Positions 19,670-28,731 of a stretch of 64,000 bases of DNA are shown here, one piece after another. The notes under the pieces were generated by a model. The model did no database searches, was not told the DNA's origin, and saw only the letters and a program-made list of their open reading frames with translations. Made by a program: the position numbers and the translations under genes. This DNA is from a virus (Duplodnaviria; Caudoviricetes), in the IMG/VR virus record IMGVR_UViG_3300001847_000332, positions 940-64,939 of that record. One strand, given 5' to 3'. How positions within the stretch are numbered: position 1 is the stretch's first letter; each line of letters starts with the position of its first letter.

Positions 19670-19938
19670 TTACATCCCCACCGTTTGAGACTAGCCGCCT
19701 TGCGCGTCGGGCGACCTTTCTCATCCTTCATTGGTCCCGGCATGCCACTCATACGGGCGCAAAACGATTTCTTACGTCCCGCATCTGCCTTGGTTTTTGG
19801 GTTTGGTGCCGGTGCCTTTAGGTTTGAACCAGTCGCTGCGTTATAGCGAGCACGCCCTTTGGCAGTTAAGCCGGCTCCCTGAGAAACCGGAAGTTTCTCA
19901 CCTCGGCCTACCGCCAAAGAGACGTTCTTTTTAGGCAT
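19666..19938 (-). CDS. basic protein (DUF6321-like)
   Basis: GLTAKGR...RKKSFCARM...SLKRWGC; start trimmed to MPKKN. Confidence 0.7.
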   Translation of the reverse strand: MPKKNVSLAVGRGEKLPVSQGAGLTAKGRARYNAATGSNLKAPAPNPKTKADAGRKKSFCARMSGMPGPMKDEKGRPTRKAASLKRWGCK

Positions 19939-20209
19939 AAAACACCGTAACTTTGGCATTCGACAATGTAGCGTAGGCACTTGTTAGAAACAGTACCCCT
20001 TCCGCTGGAATCACGACGTTAAACGGTGTTCCGGCTGCCGTGGTATTGATTGTCAAAATTGTGGTACCGCTTGATCCACCATCTTTTAACACCACACTGC
20101 CAATACTCGCACCCGGTTCAATGACTAAACCGCGAACTCTGGCACGCGCATCCGTGACTGCGCCAGATGCTGCCAGAGAGATGGCTTTAACATCAGTCTG
20201 CATCGACAT
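19931..20209 (-). CDS. small virion protein
   Basis: 92 aa beta-rich ORF with GGAG RBS. Confidence 0.7.
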   Translation of the reverse strand: MSMQTDVKAISLAASGAVTDARARVRGLVIEPGASIGSVVLKDGGSSGTTILTINTTAAGTPFNVVIPAEGVLFLTSAYATLSNAKVTVFYA

Positions 20210-20222
20210 GATGCGCTCCTAA

Positions 20223-20762
20223 TTAGCTGTCAGCGAACGGAGTAGCGACAACGCCGGTACCGAGCACAACGCCTGTCACGGCATATTTCAGCGCAGCGAT
20301 AGCAACGATCTGAACCCAAGTGCCAACAACACCGCCCGTTGTACCGCCATTCAGGTTAATAAAGTCATTGGATGCGGCTGGAACAAAGCCGACCGTAACG
20401 TTAGCTGAATCGGTATCAATGGATAAAACCGAACCGATAAATTTATCTGTACCATCTGTGCCGATCTTCAGCGAACTTGTCGCGATTGTCGTCGGAACCC
20501 AAATGGTATAAACAACGCCTTCGTTATTTACGGTGTTGGGGTCAGCACCGGGGCCGCTTGTTACCGGGTCACTAGAGGCATTAATCGTTGGAAGCGTCAA
20601 AACGACGTTGGATGCCAATGTGCCGCCAACCGCCAGAATGCGACCGCCGTGGTCATTGGGATTTAGCGTTGTGCTAGCTGTCAGGGTGAGAACAGCGCCG
20701 GGGCCTTGTTGGAAGATACCGCCCAAAGAGCGGATTGGGCCTTGGAAAGTAGAGCGAGCCAT
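20223..20762 (-). CDS. virion (capsid decoration/fibre-like) protein
   Basis: 179 aa; MARSTFQGPIRS...ATPFADS; first gene after the capsid terminator. Confidence 0.7.
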   Translation of the reverse strand: MARSTFQGPIRSLGGIFQQGPGAVLTLTASTTLNPNDHGGRILAVGGTLASNVVLTLPTINASSDPVTSGPGADPNTVNNEGVVYTIWVPTTIATSSLKIGTDGTDKFIGSVLSIDTDSANVTVGFVPAASNDFINLNGGTTGGVVGTWVQIVAIAALKYAVTGVVLGTGVVATPFADS

Positions 20763-20770
20763 AAATTGTC

Positions 20771-20841
20771 CCTCATGCGGTTAGGTATACGCGCCTGCAT
20801 GAAGTCAGCCGGGACTGCCGCGTACACCGGAAAGTTCCCGG
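20771..20841 (-). ncRNA. putative structured cis-regulatory leader (three interlocked helices)
   Basis: CCGGGA/UCCCGG, GGUGUACGCG/CGCGUAUACC and CUUCAUGC/GCAUGAGG; the last helix covers the GAGG RBS. Confidence 0.6.
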
Positions 20842-20849
20842 ATAGTGTC

Positions 20850-20878
20850 TTTTTAACAGCCCCGTACGGTGTGGTCAA
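20850..20878 (-). promoter_or_regulatory. possible sigma70-type promoter
   Basis: TTGACC-17-TAAAAA with TG extension, ending just before the structured leader; the -10 is imperfect. Confidence 0.4.
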
Positions 20879-20953
20879 GCTAAACCTGCTGCGTTACGAT
20901 ACAGGTAACGTCCGATACAAAGCTCGAGTACCGCGAGAACCCCCGATACAAAG

Positions 20954-20977
20954 AAAAAAGGGGCCTTGCGGCCCCCT
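20954..20977 (-). terminator. rho-independent terminator after the major capsid gene
   Basis: GGGGCC-GCAA-GGCCCC followed by TTTTTT. Confidence 0.88.
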
Positions 20978-21006
20978 TCCAAATACACTTAAGTATTTGA
21001 TTTACA

Positions 21007-21918
21007 TCAGGTCGAACCGGGCGAACCGAAGATGCCAAGCGGGTCAGACACGCCGAACGAGTAACGCTCACGGGCCTTATAACGTGTGTTGCCAGTGTCA
21101 AAATCACCATCCATTCCGGTTTGCATCGGAGTACGGACAAAGTGCTTCAGACCATTCGGAACATCCGTCAGCAGGAACCAAGCGTTAGTGTCAGTCAGCC
21201 AGTGGTTGACCGTGTAACCCTCGGGGATCGAGCCGTTGTTCTTCAGCGCGTTGATGTCATTGTCGGCGGTGCCAACACGCAGCTCAGTTTCGAGCAGGCG
21301 TGTAGCAACGAACTGAAGGGACGGAGGCACGACCAGCTTGCGGGGCTTGGCAGCGATCAGCAGGCCGCGTTCGTCAGTCCAGCCAGCGATCTGAATGACA
21401 GCGGCCTCGAGCGAGGTTTCATTCAGGTCAGCACCCGTTGTGGGACGGTTGCTATTTGTGCCGCCAGAGATCAGGGGGTGATCTGTGGCACACAGAACCT
21501 TGCCGTCACCGTAGGTGGGGCCGCCAGAGAAGGCTTGGTTCAGAATGGTAGCGGCCTTAACTTGCTTGGTGTAGGCCATCGCACGGGCTAGGGCCTTGGT
21601 ATAACGAGCCGAAAGGCTGTCATACAGGTTGTCCTCAATCGCTTCTTCAGTGATTGAGAAACCCATCGCAATGGTTTCGTGGTTATAGCGAGCGGTCCAA
21701 GCTTCTTGCCCATTATCATAAGCAATAGCGGAGCCTTCGTTTTTGACCGGAGCGGCGGAGAAGCCGGACAGCTTGGTTTCTTCTTCGAAAGAACGTTCGG
21801 AAGTTTCGGCTTCGAAAATTTCCTTGTGTTCTTCGCCGTAACGCTTGTACTCCAGACCGAACAACGCGTTCAGGCCGGGGAGCAGTTCTTTGAGTAGCTG
21901 GGCACGAGAAATAGCCAT
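21007..21918 (-). CDS. major capsid protein
   Basis: 303 aa; MAISRAQLLKELLPGLNALFG...DFDTGNTRYKARERYSFG; strong RBS, followed by a terminator. Confidence 0.9.
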   Translation of the reverse strand: MAISRAQLLKELLPGLNALFGLEYKRYGEEHKEIFEAETSERSFEEETKLSGFSAAPVKNEGSAIAYDNGQEAWTARYNHETIAMGFSITEEAIEDNLYDSLSARYTKALARAMAYTKQVKAATILNQAFSGGPTYGDGKVLCATDHPLISGGTNSNRPTTGADLNETSLEAAVIQIAGWTDERGLLIAAKPRKLVVPPSLQFVATRLLETELRVGTADNDINALKNNGSIPEGYTVNHWLTDTNAWFLLTDVPNGLKHFVRTPMQTGMDGDFDTGNTRYKARERYSFGVSDPLGIFGSPGST

Positions 21919-21929
21919 GACTTAGCTCC

Positions 21930-22562
21930 TTAAACGCCAGCAGTAGCGTTGTATGTGTGGTAGGTAGCGTTGAACTTAACAATAAATTCAACAAAGTTGC
22001 CGGAGCTGTTTTGAGTATCCGGCACCACATCCACCACACGGATCGGCAGAATGGTAGCGACGTTGTTAATAAACACGCCCATACGGCTATTGCCAGAAGT
22101 TGACAGACCAGTGTTCAACACCAATTCCGCATTACAGGAAATAGCATTTGCACGGCTGATGTAAGCGGGAAGCAAGCCGCCAGCAGCATCGTCAGCCACC
22201 GCGCTGGTGACGTTAACAACGCGGAACAGAGCGTTGGGATCATCACAAACATAAGCGACAATGTCAGAAGCTACAATACTACCGGGATAGTACTGGGAAA
22301 ACAGCTTCTGCTTGGTGCTCGGGTTTGTGTACGAGCAGCCGAGGAACACGCCAACCACACCAGCCACAGGGCTAGTTTGGTTTTGCAGTGTGGTAATAAT
22401 AAGCGTGCCGTCGTTCTTGTACTGCACCACGTCGCCGGTATAAATGGCGGTAGCGTAGTTAGAAGCGATAGGAATTTGCCGTGTAGCGCCAGCAAACGGC
22501 AAGCCGCCGATCAGATTGACCGGTTTCAGGCCGTAAGGCGCATCAACTGTAGGATAAGCCAT
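21930..22562 (-). CDS. capsid-associated/decoration protein
   Basis: 210 aa directly upstream of the capsid gene; APYGLKPV and VGVFLGCSYT motifs. Confidence 0.7.
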   Translation of the reverse strand: MAYPTVDAPYGLKPVNLIGGLPFAGATRQIPIASNYATAIYTGDVVQYKNDGTLIITTLQNQTSPVAGVVGVFLGCSYTNPSTKQKLFSQYYPGSIVASDIVAYVCDDPNALFRVVNVTSAVADDAAGGLLPAYISRANAISCNAELVLNTGLSTSGNSRMGVFINNVATILPIRVVDVVPDTQNSSGNFVEFIVKFNATYHTYNATAGV

Positions 22563-22576
22563 TTAAGACTCCTGAA

Positions 22577-23011
22577 TTAGGTACCAGAACCGAAACTTAC
22601 CTTGGATTTACGCTCGTGAAAGAGCGGCATCCGCGGATCATTTTCGCGCATGAGGTTGTTGTCGACCGAACGCATCTGATTGTCCGCCTGACCGCGATAA
22701 AAGGCGTCACGCTCTTCAGCCATTTCGGTTGGAATCTTGCAAAGCATCAAGCCACCAATCACGATGTTGTCACGATGCTTGTCGTTCTCCACAGCCGCCA
22801 GTTGAATCTCGGGATGCTGTGAAGCTTTTACCGGTTCCCAGCCTTCGCGAAGTTTTGCGGAAACATTCATGGGATCAGCCTGATTCATCGTGGACATGCG
22901 TACCCACCGAAACGTATATCCCTGTTCAGGATTGGGATCAGGCAGCAAGGCAGCGGGTGCCCAGCGACGTTTACGGACGGTAGCTTCACGTGGAGTTCTG
23001 TTCTCAGCCAT
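22577..23011 (-). CDS. conserved head-region protein
   Basis: 144 aa; FRWVR...LREGWEPV...GGLMLCK. Confidence 0.75.
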   Translation of the reverse strand: MAENRTPREATVRKRRWAPAALLPDPNPEQGYTFRWVRMSTMNQADPMNVSAKLREGWEPVKASQHPEIQLAAVENDKHRDNIVIGGLMLCKIPTEMAEERDAFYRGQADNQMRSVDNNLMRENDPRMPLFHERKSKVSFGSGT

Positions 23012-23945
23012 TTTGTTTCCTCATATCTTCAGCAACCTGTCTGGCGTATTGCTCCAGAGTTAGACCCAGCCGTTTGGCAATGGCCTGTTGCGACTTGGTA
23101 AGCACGATTTTTTTGGGCGCAGTGGTACGAGTCGCTGGAGCTACCACAGGTTTGGACCGGGGTTTTTCTTCCGGTTCGACTTCCTCGAACTGATCGGGGA
23201 ACACTTGGCGCATACGACGGTTGATGCTGTCGTAGTATTCGTCGGATTGAGGGTCGACACCCTGCTTGATAAGCTTCTGATGCAGCCCCAGAGCAAAGCT
23301 CGTCATCTCGTCGTCAGACCCGAACCACGGATTGTTCTCATGCCACGCAGTGACTCGTGGGTCTGCAGCTGAAACCGATTGCTTTACTGGAACGGTTTGC
23401 TTACTTTCTACATCAGGAGTTTCCTCTTGTAAAGAGGGGAGTTGAAAGTTTGCTACACGATCTGCTTTAAGTTTAGCTGAAGTGAGCGACTCCTGTGCAG
23501 CCGTGACCTTATCAGGATCACCCTCCTCGTATGCAGCGCGGAACATCGCCTTGGCCTGTTCAAGCTCAACAGTCGCGGCACGTTTAGCCTGCTCAAGTAG
23601 CGCTTCTTGGTTCTGGTTGACGGTCTGTTTAAGCTTCTTGTTTTCCTCAATGATGCTTTGTGCAAGGCGAAGTGCTTCCTCGCGCTCCCGTAGGGCTGCT
23701 TCCTTGGCTCGACGTTCATCGTGATAGCCGCGAGTAAAGTGCTGGATACGCTTCTTAACCTTTTCGGAATACCCTTCCAGCTCATCGTCAGTCACCTCGG
23801 TGGGCGGGTCCGCTGGCTTGCGCCCTTGGTCCTTGGGTGGCGTATCGTCGACGATCTCAACCTCAAAACTGTCATCTTCCGCAGCTGCTTTCTTCTCGTC
23901 CTTGTCAGGATCGGGAAACTCAAACTCTACTCGGTCCATATTCAC
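23004..23945 (-). CDS. capsid scaffolding protein
   Basis: 313 aa acidic coiled-coil, NPWFG motif, C-terminal IAKRLGLTLEQYA. Confidence 0.75.
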   Translation of the reverse strand: MNMDRVEFEFPDPDKDEKKAAAEDDSFEVEIVDDTPPKDQGRKPADPPTEVTDDELEGYSEKVKKRIQHFTRGYHDERRAKEAALREREEALRLAQSIIEENKKLKQTVNQNQEALLEQAKRAATVELEQAKAMFRAAYEEGDPDKVTAAQESLTSAKLKADRVANFQLPSLQEETPDVESKQTVPVKQSVSAADPRVTAWHENNPWFGSDDEMTSFALGLHQKLIKQGVDPQSDEYYDSINRRMRQVFPDQFEEVEPEEKPRSKPVVAPATRTTAPKKIVLTKSQQAIAKRLGLTLEQYARQVAEDMRKQNG

Positions 23946-23948
23946 TCC

Positions 23949-24317
23949 TTACGGACGGCTGATGCCGCGCGGGTCCGCCACTACGGCCTCCACGCTGTCA
24001 TCTGACATGAGGCGATACTCCACCCCCCGGAATGTGAACCGTGTGCCTGTGTTGGCGCGGAACATCACGTAGTCGCCTTTACAGCACCACGGACCGTAGG
24101 GGAACCTATCCTCGTCCATGTACGCTTGGTTGCCCACGTCCACCACCAACCCGATTGTGGACAGGATGCGCTCATGGTGGATGGTCTTAGAGTCTTTGAG
24201 TAGGCCAGACTCATACTCTTCCTCCACCTGCGGTAGTGCGATCAGCAACATATATCCGACCGGTTTGGGCAACTGCTCGTCAAACTCTGCGTCGGTCAAT
24301 GTGATTTCCTCAGTCAT
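23949..24317 (-). CDS. groES: GroES-like co-chaperonin
   Basis: PKPVGYMLLI...SGLL...GLVVDVG...GDYVMF...GT...YRLMSDDSVEAVV matches the Cpn10 pattern. Confidence 0.8.
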   Translation of the reverse strand: MTEEITLTDAEFDEQLPKPVGYMLLIALPQVEEEYESGLLKDSKTIHHERILSTIGLVVDVGNQAYMDEDRFPYGPWCCKGDYVMFRANTGTRFTFRGVEYRLMSDDSVEAVVADPRGISRP

Positions 24318-24507
24318 TCTCGTCGTCCAAGTAGTTTTGCTCGAGGTCTGTTACAACTGCGACTGCGTAGGTCAGACCCCGGAGGACCCCACACAGCTCC
24401 TTATACGTGGCGTAATCCCCCGCCTTGCCTTCAGCGAGGTGATTACGCACCCGGTTAACCTCTTCCCCAAGGTTGCCCCTGAGGACCTCAAACACCGTTT
24501 TTGCCAC
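24310..24507 (-). CDS. small hypothetical protein
   Basis: 65 aa; DYATYKELCGVLRGL; coupled between portal and groES. Confidence 0.75.
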   Translation of the reverse strand: MAKTVFEVLRGNLGEEVNRVRNHLAEGKAGDYATYKELCGVLRGLTYAVAVVTDLEQNYLDDEND

Positions 24508-26973
24508 TTATTTCCCCTTCATTTTTTGCTGCTGTACCACCGTTTTTAACAGGTCAGTCTTGAGCCTGTCTGTGTTCTGCTTGTCCTGCGCCTGCAGCCG
24601 CATACCTTCCTTCTGCTGCTCGAGGGCGAGTCGCTGCGTCTCCAGCGCGAGGCGCTTGTCCGCGTGCTGCGCGTCGATGGCGTCCTTCTGAGCCTTGCGC
24701 TGGAGCTCCTGCTGCTTGACCTGCAGCTCCTGCTGCTGCATCTGCAACAGGGGGTCTTGAGCCTGCTGCTGGGCTTGCTGTTGTGCAGCCTGCTGCTGGT
24801 GGAGCTGCACGAGCTGTTGAGCTGCGTCGGCCACGAGGCGGGAGAGCTGCACCTCCATCTCAGGCGGCATGGGCTCGTTGGGCGGGGGCAGCGGCACGCC
24901 GAGGCGTTCCTCAATCTGCTTGCGATAGCTGTAGCCCAAGTGCTCGGCCACGTGTGCCATGAGGGCGGCCTGCATCTGCTGCGCCATGGGGTTCTGGCCA
25001 ATAGTCGCGGCGATCATGGGGTCCTGCATGAATGTCATGTGAGCAGCGATGTGCGCATCGTGATCTTGGTAGATAAACGCCTTGACCGGCTTGCCAACCA
25101 TGACCGCCATGTTCTCGCTGATGGGGTCCATCGGCTTCTGGTCCTCGGGCATCGGCACGATAAGCTCAGCGTTCTTGATGCCCAGCACCTCAAGCATCTG
25201 CCTGTGCAGGTACTGCAGGTCGTATATCTGGGGAGACTGCTGGGCCATCTGCAGCGCCGCTTGGTACTGTACAACCCGCTGGGCCATGGTGCTGCTGTTG
25301 GGGTCGCTGACCGGGATGACCTCCACGAGCGCGTAGTCCTCGCGCCGTGCGGCTGGAGCGGCTTTACTCGGGGTATAGTCGTAAGACGTCGGGGCATACT
25401 CAGCGATGATCGCCTTGAGCAGCTTGAACTCCTGCTTCATCGCGTAGTGCACCCGGGCCTGCACTGCAGCCATGGGCTTGAGGGTGCGCTCGAGGATCGC
25501 CAGCGTGGTGCCTACCGGCGCGTTGGCCGACATGTCACTCACCTTGAGGTCGCTGATCGCCCCCAGACGGCGGCCTTCTTCCGTGATCTGATTGAGCAGC
25601 GCCAGCAGAGTCTGGCTTGGCTCCTTGTACGGCAGGGGCATGATGTTGTCGCGGATGGCTCCGCTCGGGATGTCCACGTCCCGGAACTCCCCGGGCGCGA
25701 TGGGCGTGTCGTCGCCCTTAATACGCAGCCCGCGTGCCTTGAGCCCGCCCGGCAGGTTAGACAGCGTACCCGCGTCAACCAACTGACGGATGAGGCTGGT
25801 ACCTGCCCGGGCATACCCGCCGATGATGTGGATAAGCCCCAGACCATAGAACCCAAACCCAATCACGTACGGGTAGTGCACGAAGTGCTGACGCTTGAGG
25901 GGGCTGGGGGTGGGGTAGCGTGTGGCTGTGCCTGTGGGCGTGGCCGGGGAGGGCAGGTGAGGCTCCCAGTTACGGCGGATAGACAGGACAGTCTGCGTGC
26001 TTTTATCGATAGTCACCACGTACGGTGAGGGCAGGTCGTCGTCTGCACTGTCGATGCCGGGGATGATAAGGTCTGCGTGCACCTCGAACAGAGCGTACCG
26101 ATTGTCATCCGACAGCGTGTAGCCAGCATCCTCAGACTTCTTCTTCTCAAGGTCGCTTTGGAATGACTTAGGCTCCCCAAGGTCCACGTCCCGGTAGAAG
26201 TTGGCGGCCTGCAGCTTCTGCATCTCCATCTTGGTCTTACGCAGCACGTGAGTCACGCGCTCCGCAGTCTCCAGAGCCGTCGCACCGTACGGCACGATAA
26301 TGTCCTCAGCCGGGACGGTGATGCTCACCTGCCGGGCAAGGGTGGGGTCAAAGTAAACCTTCTTGAACACACTGCCAGCCAGCGCAAGATTAAACAACGC
26401 ACGCTCATGCTCCGTACGATACTCCACCATAACTTCCGTGAGCTGGTAATTCATGTCGTCGCGCACGCGCTCGGCAGCTTTCTCCTTGTCCGGCGTGGTC
26501 TCTCCAATAATGAGCGTCTTGACCGGACCCGCGGCAGGAAATGTCTCCTGCATGGTTTCAGCTTGGAACCTGATGGCAGCTTCCGACAGCACGGCGGAGT
26601 ACACGCCGCAGGATTCCTCCCACGGCTCCATCCGCTCCTCATACTTAAAGCCTAAGACCTCCAACCCTTTAACATAGGTTTCGACCCATTCCTTGCGACT
26701 GTTAATGTCCGTTTCAACTTCGTCGATCAAGTCCGAAGCGAGAGCGGCGAGTGTGCCTTCGTCGAGGTATTCGGCAAGGTTGGCATCGAACGGGACGCCA
26801 GCGGTGGAGTCGGCGTCAGTGGATGTGGGAGTCAGGTTGATTTCAACTGACCCGTCCTCGAGCTCGGTGATGTCGGCAGGGGAGGAATCTTGTTCAAGCT
26901 CGATCTCGAGCGCGGGCAGTCCCTCTACCTCAAGGGAGGAGGGCATAAGACCCTTATCTACGTTTGTGGCCAT
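24508..26973 (-). CDS. portal protein
   Basis: About 821 aa from MATNVDKG; GSVFKKVYFD, GFYGLG, RQLVDAGTLSNLP; Gln-rich barrel-like C-terminus; follows the terminase. Confidence 0.88.
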   Translation of the reverse strand: MATNVDKGLMPSSLEVEGLPALEIELEQDSSPADITELEDGSVEINLTPTSTDADSTAGVPFDANLAEYLDEGTLAALASDLIDEVETDINSRKEWVETYVKGLEVLGFKYEERMEPWEESCGVYSAVLSEAAIRFQAETMQETFPAAGPVKTLIIGETTPDKEKAAERVRDDMNYQLTEVMVEYRTEHERALFNLALAGSVFKKVYFDPTLARQVSITVPAEDIIVPYGATALETAERVTHVLRKTKMEMQKLQAANFYRDVDLGEPKSFQSDLEKKKSEDAGYTLSDDNRYALFEVHADLIIPGIDSADDDLPSPYVVTIDKSTQTVLSIRRNWEPHLPSPATPTGTATRYPTPSPLKRQHFVHYPYVIGFGFYGLGLIHIIGGYARAGTSLIRQLVDAGTLSNLPGGLKARGLRIKGDDTPIAPGEFRDVDIPSGAIRDNIMPLPYKEPSQTLLALLNQITEEGRRLGAISDLKVSDMSANAPVGTTLAILERTLKPMAAVQARVHYAMKQEFKLLKAIIAEYAPTSYDYTPSKAAPAARREDYALVEVIPVSDPNSSTMAQRVVQYQAALQMAQQSPQIYDLQYLHRQMLEVLGIKNAELIVPMPEDQKPMDPISENMAVMVGKPVKAFIYQDHDAHIAAHMTFMQDPMIAATIGQNPMAQQMQAALMAHVAEHLGYSYRKQIEERLGVPLPPPNEPMPPEMEVQLSRLVADAAQQLVQLHQQQAAQQQAQQQAQDPLLQMQQQELQVKQQELQRKAQKDAIDAQHADKRLALETQRLALEQQKEGMRLQAQDKQNTDRLKTDLLKTVVQQQKMKGK

Positions 26974-27232
26974 TTTTAATCCTTGCTGTATTGGTTTTGG
27001 GGTCGTAGGTGAAGGCACGTGCGGGCTTGCCAGTGGCTTTCTTAGCACGGTCTATTGCCCGTTCCTCAGCTGTCATCTGGTCTCGAGCATGCCCCTCTGG
27101 GGTGAGGGTGGTGGTGCCGGGGTACACGTGGCCGCGCTTCTCCAGTATGGCAAGCGCCTTAGCTCGGTCTCCTACCTGTGCAGCCAGCCGGTCTATCAGC
27201 TGATTGCGCCCCATAAACTTCTGAGTTGTCAT
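26954..27232 (-). CDS. hypothetical protein
   Basis: 92 aa coupled to the terL stop. Confidence 0.65.
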   Translation of the reverse strand: MTTQKFMGRNQLIDRLAAQVGDRAKALAILEKRGHVYPGTTTLTPEGHARDQMTAEERAIDRAKKATGKPARAFTYDPKTNTARIKNGHKRR

Positions 27233-28731
27233 CAGTAATACCCCCCGCGTCGACGGAAATAGACCGGATCATTGTCCTCGTTATCCGTACGTAATGGGAG
27301 TAGTCCGCCCTTACGTATCCGCATCAGGGCAAGGGTCGTGGCGTCCACCTCGTCGTCGTGTTCTCCGGCAGGGAAAGACACTATTTCTTCCACGGTAGCT
27401 TGCGCCCATGGCGTCTCTGGAAACCACACGTGGCCCGATGCAAACATGTCGGACACGGCGTTAAGCCGGGCGATCTTGTCTTGCCCTTTGCCCGGGCTGT
27501 AGTCCTGCACAAAGATGCCGCTGCGTCGCATCTCGTCGATCAGCGGCTGGCCGCTGGCTTTTGCTTCGACAATCACGGAGTCCGGCTCCCAATCTGCGTA
27601 TTGCTGCAGAGCCATTTGCTTGAGCTCAGGAAACTCCCATTTTCCTTTAGTCCGATTGAGCAAAATGGCATTGGTGGAGTTGTCCTCCTCATTAAAGAAC
27701 ACTCCCCACGTGTGGCACACGGAATAGTCCGACCGGTCTTTGGTGGTGAGCGCCGTGTCGTATGACTGCACAATAAAGGAAACCGATGGCGGATCGTCTT
27801 TCGTCCACCATCTGACCCAATCCCGCTTGATAATGGCCGACTCTGAGGCAGTCGGGTTCTGCATGTACTGAGCATTCCACTGCCACAGCACGTTGACCAT
27901 CGACGCTTTAGTCCGCAGGAGCGACTCAAGGCTCCATTGCTCCGGCCACAACGATTTTGGCGGGTGGTCCGGGTGGTCCGGGGGGTTATCTGCGTTCAGA
28001 ATGGCAGGAAATTCGAAGATTTCGTATTGATCGGCCTCTGGATTAGTCGCAGCAGCCTTGATAAGGCGCCCGATGAGGTCCCGCTGGTGCCAACGGGTGT
28101 GCAGAATGCAGATTTTCCCGTCCGGCATGAGACGTGTGCGCAAGCCCGCACTGAACCACTCATATAAGGAGTCCAAAGCCTCTGGATTCAGGTCCTGTTC
28201 CGAGATAGGATCGTCCACAATCAGCAGGTGGGCACCCCGCCCGGCGATGGCGCCGCCTGAACCGACCGCATACACCTCGCCGCCGGCCGTCGTATTCCAC
28301 TTCCCGGCAGCTTTAGCGTCGGCTGCAATGGAAACGTCGGGGAAAATGGCCCGATATTCGGCAGATTGCATCAAATTTCGCACTTTTCGGGCCATATCCA
28401 TGGCCAGATTGGCAGTGTGCGATGTGATAATGATCTTGTGTTCGGGGTGCAAGCCCAAGTACCACGCCGGGTAGTAGATGGAAATCATCTGTGACTTGCC
28501 CATACGAGGTGCCATGGACACGGCAACCCGGTCTTTGTACCCTTTCTCGACGTCCATCAGCAGCCCGCCAAGGCGTTTGAGGTGTGTACCGAACTTATAG
28601 GTACGGTCAATTGCCCCAATGAATGCCAGAAAATCATTCCGGCACAGGGACACCCGCTTGCGCGTCTCAAGCTCGTCCAGCAAAGCAAGGAGTTCTGCCT
28701 TTTCAGCTGTGTTCAGCGTCGCAAGGTTCAT
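27232..28731 (-). CDS. terL: terminase large subunit
   Basis: Walker A MAPRMGKS, Walker B LLIVDDP, TRWH coupling motif, nuclease SYDTA and HDDEVD. Confidence 0.95.
   Translation of the reverse strand: MNLATLNTAEKAELLALLDELETRKRVSLCRNDFLAFIGAIDRTYKFGTHLKRLGGLLMDVEKGYKDRVAVSMAPRMGKSQMISIYYPAWYLGLHPEHKIIITSHTANLAMDMARKVRNLMQSAEYRAIFPDVSIAADAKAAGKWNTTAGGEVYAVGSGGAIAGRGAHLLIVDDPISEQDLNPEALDSLYEWFSAGLRTRLMPDGKICILHTRWHQRDLIGRLIKAAATNPEADQYEIFEFPAILNADNPPDHPDHPPKSLWPEQWSLESLLRTKASMVNVLWQWNAQYMQNPTASESAIIKRDWVRWWTKDDPPSVSFIVQSYDTALTTKDRSDYSVCHTWGVFFNEEDNSTNAILLNRTKGKWEFPELKQMALQQYADWEPDSVIVEAKASGQPLIDEMRRSGIFVQDYSPGKGQDKIARLNAVSDMFASGHVWFPETPWAQATVEEIVSFPAGEHDDEVDATTLALMRIRKGGLLPLRTDNEDNDPVYFRRRGGYY

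Noticed and set aside
24664-26028. 454-aa plus-strand ORF and similar long antisense ORFs (e.g. 51575-52570, 55399-56325)
   Set aside because: Shadows of GC3-rich genes on the opposite strand; no RBS or motifs.
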